NCBI GenBank assembly: GCA_037138355.1
Contig: JBAXIL010000005.1
Location: 1 to 61,264, forward strand
Length of the DNA: 61,264 nt
Source of the DNA: a bacterium
GTDB taxonomy: Bacteria > Oederibacteriota > PGYV01 > Palsa-1178
Direction: 5' to 3'
The translations under genes and the position numbers were made by a program. The notes beneath the pieces are model-generated. The model was not told where the DNA came from. It saw only the letters and a program-made list of their open reading frames with translations, and did no database searches. Positions 39,131 through 48,222 of the stretch are shown here, piece after piece; position 1 is the stretch's first letter, and every line of letters starts with the position of its first letter.

Positions 39131-40318
39131 TCAAGCCATAATTTTTTTAAGTATGGCAAGTCCTTTATCTATTTCCGTTTTTTTAATATTCAAAGGTGGT
39201 TCCAAACGGATTGTTTCTTTTCCTGTAACATTTATTATAAGTCCTGCTTTTAAAGCAGCCGCCACAATATCCGCAGCCCCTTCTTTTAATTGCAGTCCTA
39301 TCAGAAGTCCTGTGCCTCGTATTTCTTGTATTTTTGGATTTTTCCATTTTTTAATTTGTTTAATAATATATTCACCCTTGCTATAAACTTCTTTTAAAAA
39401 AGCAGGTTTAAGAACTGTTTTTAATACCACAAGCCCAGCAGCACAAGCCGCTGGATTGCCACCCATAGTTGTACCGTGGTCGCCAAAAGTATAAACCTCT
39501 TCTAATTTTTTATCAATGACCACCGCTGACAAAGGCAGTCCACCACCTAAGGACTTTGCCAAAGTCATGATATCAGGTTTTACACCATAAACATCATAAC
39601 CAAACTTTTTACCCAACCGTCCCAAACCACTTTGCACTTCATCATATATAAGGAGAATATTATTCTTATCGCAAAGCTCCCTAAGTCCTTCTAAAAATCC
39701 TGGTTCAGGAGTGAAGATGCCGCCCTCTGCCTGCACTGGTTCAATCAACATAGCCACTGTCTCATTATCTATTTTGGCTTTCACATCATTTAAGTCATTG
39801 AATTTCGCATAAACAAATCCTGGAGAAACTGGATTCAAATACTTATGAAATTTTTCTTGTGCCGTTGCACTTAAGGCAGCCATAGTGCGTCCGTGAAAAG
39901 AATTGTAGAAAGTAATTATCTTATTAGCGCCTTTTTTGTGAAGTAAGCCCCATTTGCGCGCCATTTTCATAGCCACTTCATTAGCTTCAGCTCCAGTATT
40001 TACAAAAAACACTTTTGTACCAAAAGAATTATCCACTATCACTTTAGCAAGCTCAGCCTGTGCTTCAGTGTAAAACCAATTTGATAAATGTATATATTTT
40101 TTCAATTGTTTGATTATTGCAGTGTTTATTGCCTTATTATTGTGTCCTAAAGCATTCACAGCCACGCCAGCAAAGAAATCAAGATATTTTTTTCCACTTT
40201 TATCATAAAGATATGAACCCGCGCCTTTTTCAAATACCACATCATAGCGTTTATAGGTATTACCTATGTATTCTTTGTCCATAACTTTTACTTTTTTTGT
40301 ATCCATTTCAGTCTCCAA
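39131..40318 (-). CDS. argD: Acetylornithine aminotransferase
   Basis: SFHGRT, DEVQ, AKSLGGG, HGTTMGGN; located in the arg operon. Confidence 0.93.
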   Translation of the reverse strand: METEMDTKKVKVMDKEYIGNTYKRYDVVFEKGAGSYLYDKSGKKYLDFFAGVAVNALGHNNKAINTAIIKQLKKYIHLSNWFYTEAQAELAKVIVDNSFGTKVFFVNTGAEANEVAMKMARKWGLLHKKGANKIITFYNSFHGRTMAALSATAQEKFHKYLNPVSPGFVYAKFNDLNDVKAKIDNETVAMLIEPVQAEGGIFTPEPGFLEGLRELCDKNNILLIYDEVQSGLGRLGKKFGYDVYGVKPDIMTLAKSLGGGLPLSAVVIDKKLEEVYTFGDHGTTMGGNPAACAAGLVVLKTVLKPAFLKEVYSKGEYIIKQIKKWKNPKIQEIRGTGLLIGLQLKEGAADIVAAALKAGLIINVTGKETIRLEPPLNIKKTEIDKGLAILKKIMA

Positions 40319-40333
40319 TGTTTCCTTAAAGTA

Positions 40334-41182
40334 TTATTTTACTATCTCTGTACCTATGCCTTCATTTGTAAATATTTCAAGTAACATAGAATGTTCTTTT
40401 GTGCCATTTATTATGTGCACCTTTTTTACACCAGCTTCTATTGCCGTCTTTGCCGATAGTATTTTAGGAAGCATCCCACCTGTTATGTCTTTTGCCTTAA
40501 TATATTTTGTAACATCTTTTACTTTTATTGAATGAGTATATTTTCCGCCTATCTTTACTCCGTCAGTATCGGTTAAATAAATAAGCTTGTCCGCTTTCAT
40601 AGCTTCTGCTATTGCACCAGCCACCATGTCAGCATTTATATTATAACCATTGCCCAAAGCATCTACGCCTATTGGCGCTATAACCGGTATGTAACCTTCG
40701 CGGTCTAAAGTCGCAAGTAATTTTGTATTAACAGATGTAACCTCTCCCACAAAACCAATATCTTTTCCATTACTTTTTTTCTTTTTTGCCATAATCAGAT
40801 TTCCGTCTTTACCCGACATGCCCAAAGCCTGCAAGCCGTGCATATTAATATTTTTTACTATCTCTTTATTTACTTTTCCAACAAGCACCATCTCCACAAC
40901 TTCCAAAGTTTCCTTATCAGTCACACGATGCCCGTCCACAAACTTAGGAACTTTACCGAGTTTTTTCAGCATACCGCTGATATCATCCCCACCACCGTGT
41001 ACAAGCACAATCTTTACGCCTACCAAGCTCAGCAAAGCAATATCTTGTATAAAAAGCTTTTTATATTTTTCATCTGTCATAGCGCTTCCGCCATATTTTA
41101 TTACAAAAGTAGCACCATTAAACTTTTTAATAAATGGTAATGCCTCTACCAAAGTCCTGGCTTTCTCTATAATTTTTTCCAT
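40334..41182 (-). CDS. argB: Acetylglutamate kinase
   Basis: IKYGG, VHGGG, NINAD, GGMLPK. Confidence 0.96.
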   Translation of the reverse strand: MEKIIEKARTLVEALPFIKKFNGATFVIKYGGSAMTDEKYKKLFIQDIALLSLVGVKIVLVHGGGDDISGMLKKLGKVPKFVDGHRVTDKETLEVVEMVLVGKVNKEIVKNINMHGLQALGMSGKDGNLIMAKKKKSNGKDIGFVGEVTSVNTKLLATLDREGYIPVIAPIGVDALGNGYNINADMVAGAIAEAMKADKLIYLTDTDGVKIGGKYTHSIKVKDVTKYIKAKDITGGMLPKILSAKTAIEAGVKKVHIINGTKEHSMLLEIFTNEGIGTEIVK

Positions 41183-41273
41183 TTAGCAACTCCTTTTAAA
41201 TTTAGCTTTTATCTGTTTTTAAGAGTTGTTTTTACATTTCTAACTACTGTTATAAAAACACCCTTGAAAATAA

Positions 41274-41303
41274 ATTATATCATACTTTAAGCAGGTTTTT
41301 CAA
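41274..41303 (-). promoter_or_regulatory. Sigma70 promoter for argBDFGH
   Basis: Minus strand TTGAAA-18 nt-TATAAT with extended TG. Confidence 0.6.
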
Positions 41304-41380
41304 TGTTTTTGAAAATATCAATAAACTATTTTTTTTGCCTTAAATATAGAGACTTTAACCCAAGTCCCTATTAATATGGT

Positions 41381-41409
41381 TTGACTTCCTGTCTTTTGAC
41401 TGTTATAGT
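41381..41409 (+). promoter_or_regulatory. Sigma70 promoter of a putative small RNA
   Basis: TTGACT-17 nt-TATAGT with extended TG. Confidence 0.7.
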
Positions 41410-41415
41410 GTATTT

Positions 41416-41475
41416 ACAGGTGCCAAACTTGTGAGATTTACAGCTTCACGGCAGCAATGCCGTGGAGTTTTTTTT
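41416..41475 (+). ncRNA. Putative ~60-nt small RNA of unknown family
   Basis: Bounded by a near-consensus promoter and a strong intrinsic terminator; no credible RBS-led ORF inside. Confidence 0.55.
41444..41475 (+). terminator. Intrinsic terminator
   Basis: CTTCACGGCA-GCAA-TGCCGTGGAG followed by T8. Confidence 0.88.
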
Positions 41476-41579
41476 ATAATAAGCATACAATAATCCATTT
41501 TTAGATATCAAACTCCAAAATCACAACAAATAACCCTCGAATTTCACTCTTTCTCATTATTATATAGGGTTTTATGTGC

Positions 41580-41609
41580 TTGACTATAATCTTATAAATA
41601 TGTTATCAT
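41580..41609 (+). promoter_or_regulatory. Candidate promoter for 6S RNA/rny
   Basis: TTGACT-18 nt-TATCAT with extended TG. Confidence 0.5.
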
Positions 41610-41657
41610 TCTATAAGAAAAAGAAGTTATTTTGACACAATTTTAAAGTTGTATTTA

Positions 41658-41828
41658 TATCCTGGAGTGTTTGTGCTGAAGAGGTTTATTTGGTCCAACG
41701 CCTATTAATCAGGGAGCCGGAACCAGTCGCTGTGTGTATACCCGCTAACGCGGGAAACCTAAGGCACCTGTCAGGCACCCACCTGTTTAGTCGGTCCAAA
41801 TGGTTTCTTCTCACGGCACGCTGGGCAA
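41658..41828 (+). ncRNA. ssrS: 6S RNA
   Basis: ~170-nt rod with a central bubble; 5' CCTGG..GTGTTTGTG pairs with 3' CACGGCAC..CTGGG; characteristic AGGGAGCC...GGCACCCACCTG; lies upstream of rny. Confidence 0.85.
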
Positions 41829-41847
41829 TTATATCCGTAATATTTTA

Positions 41848-42075
41848 CGGTGGAGAACAACGGAATGTTAATAATTTATCTTGATAAAAAGGCAAATAGC
41901 GGCGAAAGCCCTGTTATATCAGCAGACACAAACCAAATGGTTTGTGATGATTTAATTTCTTCTCTGTTCATATTGCCTGATTGTATCTCAAAATAAATCT
42001 ATCCGTTTTTCTCCTCCGCCAAATAAGCGGGCACAGCTTTTAGTTATACTTATGTGCTTTTTACTTAAAGCTGCG
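41848..42075 (+). ncRNA. Putative structured 5' leader of rny
   Basis: 15/17-bp closing stem 41848-41864 with 42002-42018, internal GAAA-tetraloop hairpin and further stems; contains anti-SD CTCCTCC. Confidence 0.5.
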
Positions 42076-42109
42076 AAATACTAAAACAACAATTTAGAGG
42101 AGGTTTTTT

Positions 42110-43666
42110 ATGGTAGGAGCAATTATTGCAGCGGTAGTCGCGCTGTTGGCAGGAACAGGATTGGGATTTATTCTAAGGAAGTTCATTTCCGAACAGCGTA
42201 TCTCAGGTGCAAAAGTTTTTTCAGAACAGATTATTGAAAACGCCAAGAAAGAGGCGGGTTCATGGAAAAAAGAAGCCGAGCTCGAAGTAAAAGATAAGAT
42301 GTTAAAAGCACAATCAGAGTTTGATGTAAAAACCAGAGAAGAACGCCGGGAATTAGGCGACCTGGAAAAAAGATTAAGACAACGCGAAGAAAATTTTGAC
42401 AAAAAAATAGAAACAGTCGACAAAAAAGAAAAAGAACTTACTCAAAAAAGAACCGGCTTAGACGACTTAGAAAAGAAGCTCAAAAAGAATGAAGAAGATT
42501 TGGGACTATTAGTTGGCGAACAAAGACAAAAGCTCGAAGCCATATCTGGCTTATCAGCTGAAAACGCAAAGAACGAACTTATCAACTCTATGCTTAACGA
42601 AGCACGCCACGAATCACTTCTGCAGATAAAAAGAATAGAAGAAGAGACAAAAGAAAATGCAGATAAAAAAGCGCGCGAAATAATTGTTACAGCCATACAA
42701 CGCGTAGCTGCTGACCACACTTCAGAAGTCAGCGTATCTGTTGTTCCCCTTCCTAACGAAGAAATGAAGGGACGCATCATAGGCCGCGAAGGAAGAAATA
42801 TCAAAGCTTTAGAATCAGCAACAGGAGTTGACTTCATCATAGATGATACTCCAGAAGCCGTTACCATATCAGCGTTTGACCCAGTCAGAAGAGAAACAGC
42901 AAGACTCTCTTTAGAACGCCTCATACAAGATGGAAGAATACATCCAGGACGCATTGAAGAAATAGTAACTAAAACTAAACTGGATATGGAACAGCGCTTA
43001 AAAGAAATTGGAGAACGCACATGCATGGATGTCGGAATTGGCACCTTGCACCCTGAGCTCGTAAAACTGCTTGGTAAATTGCATTTTAGAACAAGTTACG
43101 GACAAAATGTTTTACAACATTCCATAGAAATGGCTTATATTACAGCCATAATAGCATCAGAACTTCACTTAGACCCTACCCTTGCTAAAAGGGCTGCTCT
43201 ACTTCACGACATAGGCAAAGCAATAGACCACGAACAGGAAGGCTCGCATGTACAGCTCGGAGTTGATGCTGCAAGGAAATACGGAGAATCAGAAAAAATT
43301 ATTCATGCTATAGAAGCACATCATAATGATGTGGAACCAAAATCAATAGAAGCAGTTTTAGTTCAGGCAGCTGATGGTATCTCCGCTGCAAGACCTGGTG
43401 CAAGACGCGAAACTCTTGAGAGCTATATCAAAAGACTTGAGAATTTGGAGAAAATTGCTTCTTCATTTGAAGGAGTACAGCGCGTATTTGCCATACAAGC
43501 AGGTCGTGAAGTCAGAATCATGGTAGAACCAGAAAATATGGATGACTTAAAAACCTACCAACTCTCAAAAGACATAGCAAAAAAAGTTGAATCAGAACTT
43601 CAATACCCAGGACAAATAAGAATAACAGTAATAAGAGAAGTCCGGGCTGTTGAATACGCTAAATAA
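42110..43666 (+). CDS. rny: Ribonuclease Y
   Basis: N-terminal TM, coiled coil, KH domain ([12 protein letters not shown]), HD domain (LLHDIGK). Confidence 0.98.
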   Translation: MVGAIIAAVVALLAGTGLGFILRKFISEQRISGAKVFSEQIIENAKKEAGSWKKEAELEVKDKMLKAQSEFDVKTREERRELGDLEKRLRQREENFDKKIETVDKKEKELTQKRTGLDDLEKKLKKNEEDLGLLVGEQRQKLEAISGLSAENAKNELINSMLNEARHESLLQIKRIEEETKENADKKAREIIVTAIQRVAADHTSEVSVSVVPLPNEEMKGRIIGREGRNIKALESATGVDFIIDDTPEAVTISAFDPVRRETARLSLERLIQDGRIHPGRIEEIVTKTKLDMEQRLKEIGERTCMDVGIGTLHPELVKLLGKLHFRTSYGQNVLQHSIEMAYITAIIASELHLDPTLAKRAALLHDIGKAIDHEQEGSHVQLGVDAARKYGESEKIIHAIEAHHNDVEPKSIEAVLVQAADGISAARPGARRETLESYIKRLENLEKIASSFEGVQRVFAIQAGREVRIMVEPENMDDLKTYQLSKDIAKKVESELQYPGQIRITVIREVRAVEYAK

Positions 43667-43691
43667 GATTAAAATAGAAACAAGGTGATTT

Positions 43692-44486
43692 ATGATAAAT
43701 GTACTTTTCATTGGTGATGTAAACGGAAAACCTGGCAGGCGCGCCCTCGCGGCGCTTCTGCCAAACATTATAAAAGATAAAAAAATTGATTTTTGCATAG
43801 CTAACGGAGAAAACTCTGCCGGTGGTTTTGGTATTACAGTTAAAACATTTGAAGAGCTCCTACATTGTGGGGTTGATGCAATCACTCTCGGCAACCATAT
43901 TTGGGATAAAAAAGATGTCATTTCTATTTTAGAATCAGACCGTCGGCTTATTCGTCCAGCAAATCTTCCTGAAGGAAATCCTGGATTAGGACATGCCATA
44001 TACACCATAGAAAAATCTGGAAAAAAAATAAACATAGGCGTAATTAATCTCGTAGGTCGCGTTTTTATGCTTGCTGTGGACTGCCCTTTCCGTGCTGCTG
44101 ACAAAGCAATAAATGAAATTAAAAATAATGCTTCTGTTATCTTCGTGGATATTCATGCCGAAGCTACTTCTGAAAAACAAGCCATGGGCTTTTATCTTGA
44201 TGGCCGCGTATCAGGCGTTTTTGGCACACACACACATGTCCAAACAGCTGACGAAAGAATACTTGAAGGTGGTACTGCCTTTATATCCGATGCTGGCATG
44301 ACTGGTCCTTTTGACTCTGTCATAGGAGTAAAAAAAGAAATCATTATTAGAAGATTTTTAACTGCCTCTCCTGAAAAATTTGAAATAGCCGAAGGCAATA
44401 TACGCATAAATGCGGTCTTAACTACTGTCGATGAAAATACTGGAAAGGCTTCTGCTATAGAAAGGCTGAACATAGCATATGAGTAA
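43692..44486 (+). CDS. ymdB: YmdB-family metallophosphoesterase
   Basis: GDVNG, NGEN, GNH, DIHAEATSEK, GTHTH; adjacent to rny. Confidence 0.95.
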   Translation: MINVLFIGDVNGKPGRRALAALLPNIIKDKKIDFCIANGENSAGGFGITVKTFEELLHCGVDAITLGNHIWDKKDVISILESDRRLIRPANLPEGNPGLGHAIYTIEKSGKKINIGVINLVGRVFMLAVDCPFRAADKAINEIKNNASVIFVDIHAEATSEKQAMGFYLDGRVSGVFGTHTHVQTADERILEGGTAFISDAGMTGPFDSVIGVKKEIIIRRFLTASPEKFEIAEGNIRINAVLTTVDENTGKASAIERLNIAYE

Positions 44487-46809
44487 ACGCTTAATCACAC
44501 CGCTTTTATTTATTCTGGTGTTCTTAACTGCTCTCATGGTTTACCTAAACACACTGGCACCAACTTTTACTTTTGGAGATTCAGGCGAACTTATCAGTAT
44601 GATAAAAACGCTTGGCATAGCACACCCTACTGGTTTCCCGCTTTACATATTACTCGGTAAAGTTTTTTCACTTTTTCCACTGGCTAATCCTGCATTTAAA
44701 ATAAATTTTATGTCCGCAATTTTTGGGGCTTTAACTCCCGCTCTATTATTTCTTGCCTTATCTGTTTTCTTTAACAAAGAGAAAAACAAGCTTATCAGTG
44801 GCTTTATAGCCCTCACCTTATCGCTTCTATTTATTTTTACTTACACGCTTTGGTCACAAGCTGTTATGTCCAGAATATATACCTTAAATGCAGCATTTTG
44901 TGCGGCCATATTACTGCTGTTTTTTCTCTATAATGAACACCAGGAAGAGTCAAAATACCTATATTTATGGGCACTTTTAACAGGACTTGGCGTTGGGCTG
45001 CATCTCACACTCACAGCTTTTTCAGGGATTCTTTGGCTTCATTTGGCAATTACAAAGTTTGATTCAATTAAGAAAAATATTATTTGGCTCGTATTTTTTC
45101 TTGCCATCGGTTTAAGTGCCTTTGCCTATTTAGTAATTAGAGCAAATTCAGATGCTTTATTAAAATGGGCAGACATAAACACTATAAAGAATTTTTTAAG
45201 CTACATAACCCAAGAACAGTACAATATCAAAAAATTCGCCAGGGGCATAAGCGGAGTTCTTACATTCTTTAACTATGTCAAAGATGTACTTCTTCGTGAA
45301 ATATCACCACTCGCCTTAATACTTTTTATTGTTGGCGTAATAATGGCATTTATGAATAAATTCAAATACACAATCACTTTTTTACTTATATTCCTGTCCA
45401 GCATTACCATGCTACTATTTTATGGCAACTATACAGACTTAAAACTGGCTTTCCGTTATATGATTCCTTCTTATATAATTATGTTTTTTTTCATAGCTTA
45501 TTTTTTTCATTCATTATTTTCCTACATAAAGAATACTCCTGCCATGATAACTATAATAAGTCTTTTCATAATTTTCATATTTTCTTTAAGTATTAAGCTC
45601 AATTCTTATGAAGCTAACAAATCCAATAATTATGTTGCATATAACTACGCAACAGACATACTGACCTGCCTGCCTGATACCAAGTCAGGACTTTTTGCCA
45701 GTGGAGATAATAATATATATCCTCTGGCTTATTTTAAATTTGTTTTAAATAAGAAACCTGCGCTTTCAGTTTATGATAATATCTTAACTGTGTTTAAGGA
45801 TTCTTTGCCATTGCTCGAAAAATCAAAATCAACGCAAACTACCCACAATGTGCTCACAGCACTGTCTTTGGGCTATACCAACCTTTTCACTATCAGTGAA
45901 ATAGGTTCACAACTATTTACAGAGATTCCTTCTGGGCTTCTTTTTAAAATATCAGATAAATACGAAGAACCAAACAATAAATACTGGAAAATATTTTCAC
46001 TCAAGGGCATTACCTGGGGAGCTCCTCTATTTCACGATTTTGAAGAAAGAGAAATTATTGGTACTTACCTATACAGAGAAGCTAATTATTACAAAAGCAA
46101 ATCTATGTTTCCTATTTATGAATCACTTTTAAATAAAGCAATAATAGAAAGCTATGATTCTATTGCTGTTTTGGGTTCGGTAGCACTGATATATAGCTCT
46201 GACCCTTATATACAAAATTATTTTGAAAAAGCTGAAAAACTTTTTCTTAAGTGTTATTCAATAAATCCTGAAAATTTCAATTTAGTTTTTAATCTTGGCA
46301 GCTTTTATGGTCGTTTTAGCCAATACAAAAAAGCAGCATATTATTTTGAACTTGCTGGGAGACTTGATCCTTACAACTACAATGTTAAAAATTATTTGGC
46401 CTCAGCACTCTCAGAATACAGAAGACAGCTGGATAAAGAAGATCAGCTTCAGGAGCTCTCCGCACACTTTGAAAATGGCAGGAATCTCATCAAGACAAAC
46501 AAGTTTGACGAAGCTCTTATAGAATTCGAAAAGGACATTAAGCTCAATCCCAAATTAGGTAGATCCTTTTTTCATTTAGGACTTATATATTCTATGAAAG
46601 GCGACTATAAATTAGCCATACCAAAATATGAAATGGCTCTTAAGTTAGAGCCTACAAATGTTCCTGCTCTTGATAATTTAGGATTGGTTTACATCCGACT
46701 TAAAGATTATAAGAAAGCAAGGTTTTATTTTGAGAAATCACTTGCTATAGATCCTGCACAAGATAGATTGATAAAGGACCTTGCGAAGTTAAAACAGCTG
46801 GGTTATTAA
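44479..46809 (+). CDS. DUF2723 (TMEM260-like) membrane glycosyltransferase-like protein with C-terminal TPRs
   Basis: GDSGEL, GIAHPTGFPLY, multiple TM, GDNN, C-terminal TPR repeats. Confidence 0.85.
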   Translation: MSKRLITPLLFILVFLTALMVYLNTLAPTFTFGDSGELISMIKTLGIAHPTGFPLYILLGKVFSLFPLANPAFKINFMSAIFGALTPALLFLALSVFFNKEKNKLISGFIALTLSLLFIFTYTLWSQAVMSRIYTLNAAFCAAILLLFFLYNEHQEESKYLYLWALLTGLGVGLHLTLTAFSGILWLHLAITKFDSIKKNIIWLVFFLAIGLSAFAYLVIRANSDALLKWADINTIKNFLSYITQEQYNIKKFARGISGVLTFFNYVKDVLLREISPLALILFIVGVIMAFMNKFKYTITFLLIFLSSITMLLFYGNYTDLKLAFRYMIPSYIIMFFFIAYFFHSLFSYIKNTPAMITIISLFIIFIFSLSIKLNSYEANKSNNYVAYNYATDILTCLPDTKSGLFASGDNNIYPLAYFKFVLNKKPALSVYDNILTVFKDSLPLLEKSKSTQTTHNVLTALSLGYTNLFTISEIGSQLFTEIPSGLLFKISDKYEEPNNKYWKIFSLKGITWGAPLFHDFEEREIIGTYLYREANYYKSKSMFPIYESLLNKAIIESYDSIAVLGSVALIYSSDPYIQNYFEKAEKLFLKCYSINPENFNLVFNLGSFYGRFSQYKKAAYYFELAGRLDPYNYNVKNYLASALSEYRRQLDKEDQLQELSAHFENGRNLIKTNKFDEALIEFEKDIKLNPKLGRSFFHLGLIYSMKGDYKLAIPKYEMALKLEPTNVPALDNLGLVYIRLKDYKKARFYFEKSLAIDPAQDRLIKDLAKLKQLGY

Positions 46810-46836
46810 TCACACTCAAAACCATTAACTGCTATA

Positions 46837-48222
46837 TTAATCGACCAATTTCTTCCCAAATTCAAGATTTTCTTTAACTCTTTTTATTGTAGGTGCTTCT
46901 GTGTATATCCGCAATAACGCCTCAGTTCCTGAGAACCTAAATAAAATCCACTCATTATCTGATATTATGTATTTTACACCATCAAGACGGTTAACTGACT
47001 GTATGCTTTTACATGCAATACTACCAATTGATTCAAGTTTATTAACTTTTTCAACTATAGCTTTTCTATGCGCTTCCTTAAACTTTATATCTACCCTGTC
47101 ATATTCGTAAAAACCATATTTTTTATCCAGTGAAGCCAACACTTCAGATACTGACTTGCCTTCTTTAACTAAAAACTCAAGTAATAAAAGGTTTCCTAAG
47201 ATTCCATCTCGCTCTGGTATATAGTAACCAAAACCAACACCACCGCTTTCTTCACCACCTATGGTAGCTTTATCCTTTATTATGTGATTGCCTATATATT
47301 TAAACCCTACAGGAGTTTCAAGCAATTCTATGCCATATTCTTTAGCTATGGTATTTAAAAGTGCTGTGCCTGCAATTGTCTTAACAAATTTAAACTTCAT
47401 TTTTCTATTTTTCAAGTGATGCAAAAAATGTAAGACCAAAGCTTTGTGTGTTGGTATATACTTTCCTTTATCATCCACAAAAGCCATTCTATCCCCATCA
47501 CCATCTATTGCTATACCTATGGAGGCTTTCATTACTTTAACCTTGTTCTCAAGTTCCAAAAGATTTTTTCTTATTGGCTCTGGGTTAATTCCTCCAAATA
47601 AAGGATCACGCTTGCCATGAATTACTGTTAAACCTGAGTAATTGCCAAATACTTTTTCCATATATCCTGCGCCTGAACCATACATATTATCCAATACTAT
47701 CTTAATTCCACTTTTCTTAATTGCATTTACATTCACATTTCGTCTCAATTCATTTACATATTCATTGTCCATATTAATACTAATAATATTTCCTGTTTTT
47801 TGTTTTGGAATTGTTCCCTTTTTAATTAGCTTTTCCACAGCTTTTGTTTCTTCTTTTGTTGCTCCAGCCCCATATTTATTTTTAATTTTAAACCCGTTAA
47901 AAGTATATGGGTTATGACTTGAAGTTATCATTATTCCTGAGTCAAGTTTTTTCTTTACAATTGTAAATGATACCATTGGAGTATGTACTGCCTTATCAAA
48001 TAAATAAACAGAAAAACCATAACTTTGAAGTAATGTTGCAGTAAAAGCAGCATATTTGTCTGAAAGAAAGCGAAAATCATATCCCAAAGCTATTTTTGGA
48101 TTTGGATTGAGTAAAAGAGTATGTACTGCATACGCGTCCACTACTCTTTTAAGATTTTCAAAAGTGAAGTCCTCAGCTATTTTAGCACGCCAGCCGTCTG
48201 TCCCAAATTTTATTTCGTGCAT
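46837..48222 (-). CDS. Phosphomannomutase/phosphoglucomutase
   Basis: FGTDGWR, TSSHNP, DGDGDR, GEESGG. Confidence 0.95.
   Translation of the reverse strand: MHEIKFGTDGWRAKIAEDFTFENLKRVVDAYAVHTLLLNPNPKIALGYDFRFLSDKYAAFTATLLQSYGFSVYLFDKAVHTPMVSFTIVKKKLDSGIMITSSHNPYTFNGFKIKNKYGAGATKEETKAVEKLIKKGTIPKQKTGNIISINMDNEYVNELRRNVNVNAIKKSGIKIVLDNMYGSGAGYMEKVFGNYSGLTVIHGKRDPLFGGINPEPIRKNLLELENKVKVMKASIGIAIDGDGDRMAFVDDKGKYIPTHKALVLHFLHHLKNRKMKFKFVKTIAGTALLNTIAKEYGIELLETPVGFKYIGNHIIKDKATIGGEESGGVGFGYYIPERDGILGNLLLLEFLVKEGKSVSEVLASLDKKYGFYEYDRVDIKFKEAHRKAIVEKVNKLESIGSIACKSIQSVNRLDGVKYIISDNEWILFRFSGTEALLRIYTEAPTIKRVKENLEFGKKLVD

Noticed and set aside
41183-41340. ARG boxes upstream of argB
   Set aside because: Only loose AT-rich similarity that cannot be told from background
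41690-41884. 64-aa ORF
   Set aside because: Overlaps the 6S RNA and has a weak TTG start with no recognisable motif
41888-41980. c-di-GMP-I riboswitch (GGCAAA...GAAA...GACACAAA)
   Set aside because: Only superficial: spacing after P2 is wrong and the tetraloop-receptor P3 motif is absent; kept as an unknown structured leader
41944-41980. C/D-box RNA (GTGATGA...CTGA)
   Set aside because: Short motifs are expected by chance, are partly buried in other stems, and C/D guide RNAs are not a bacterial feature
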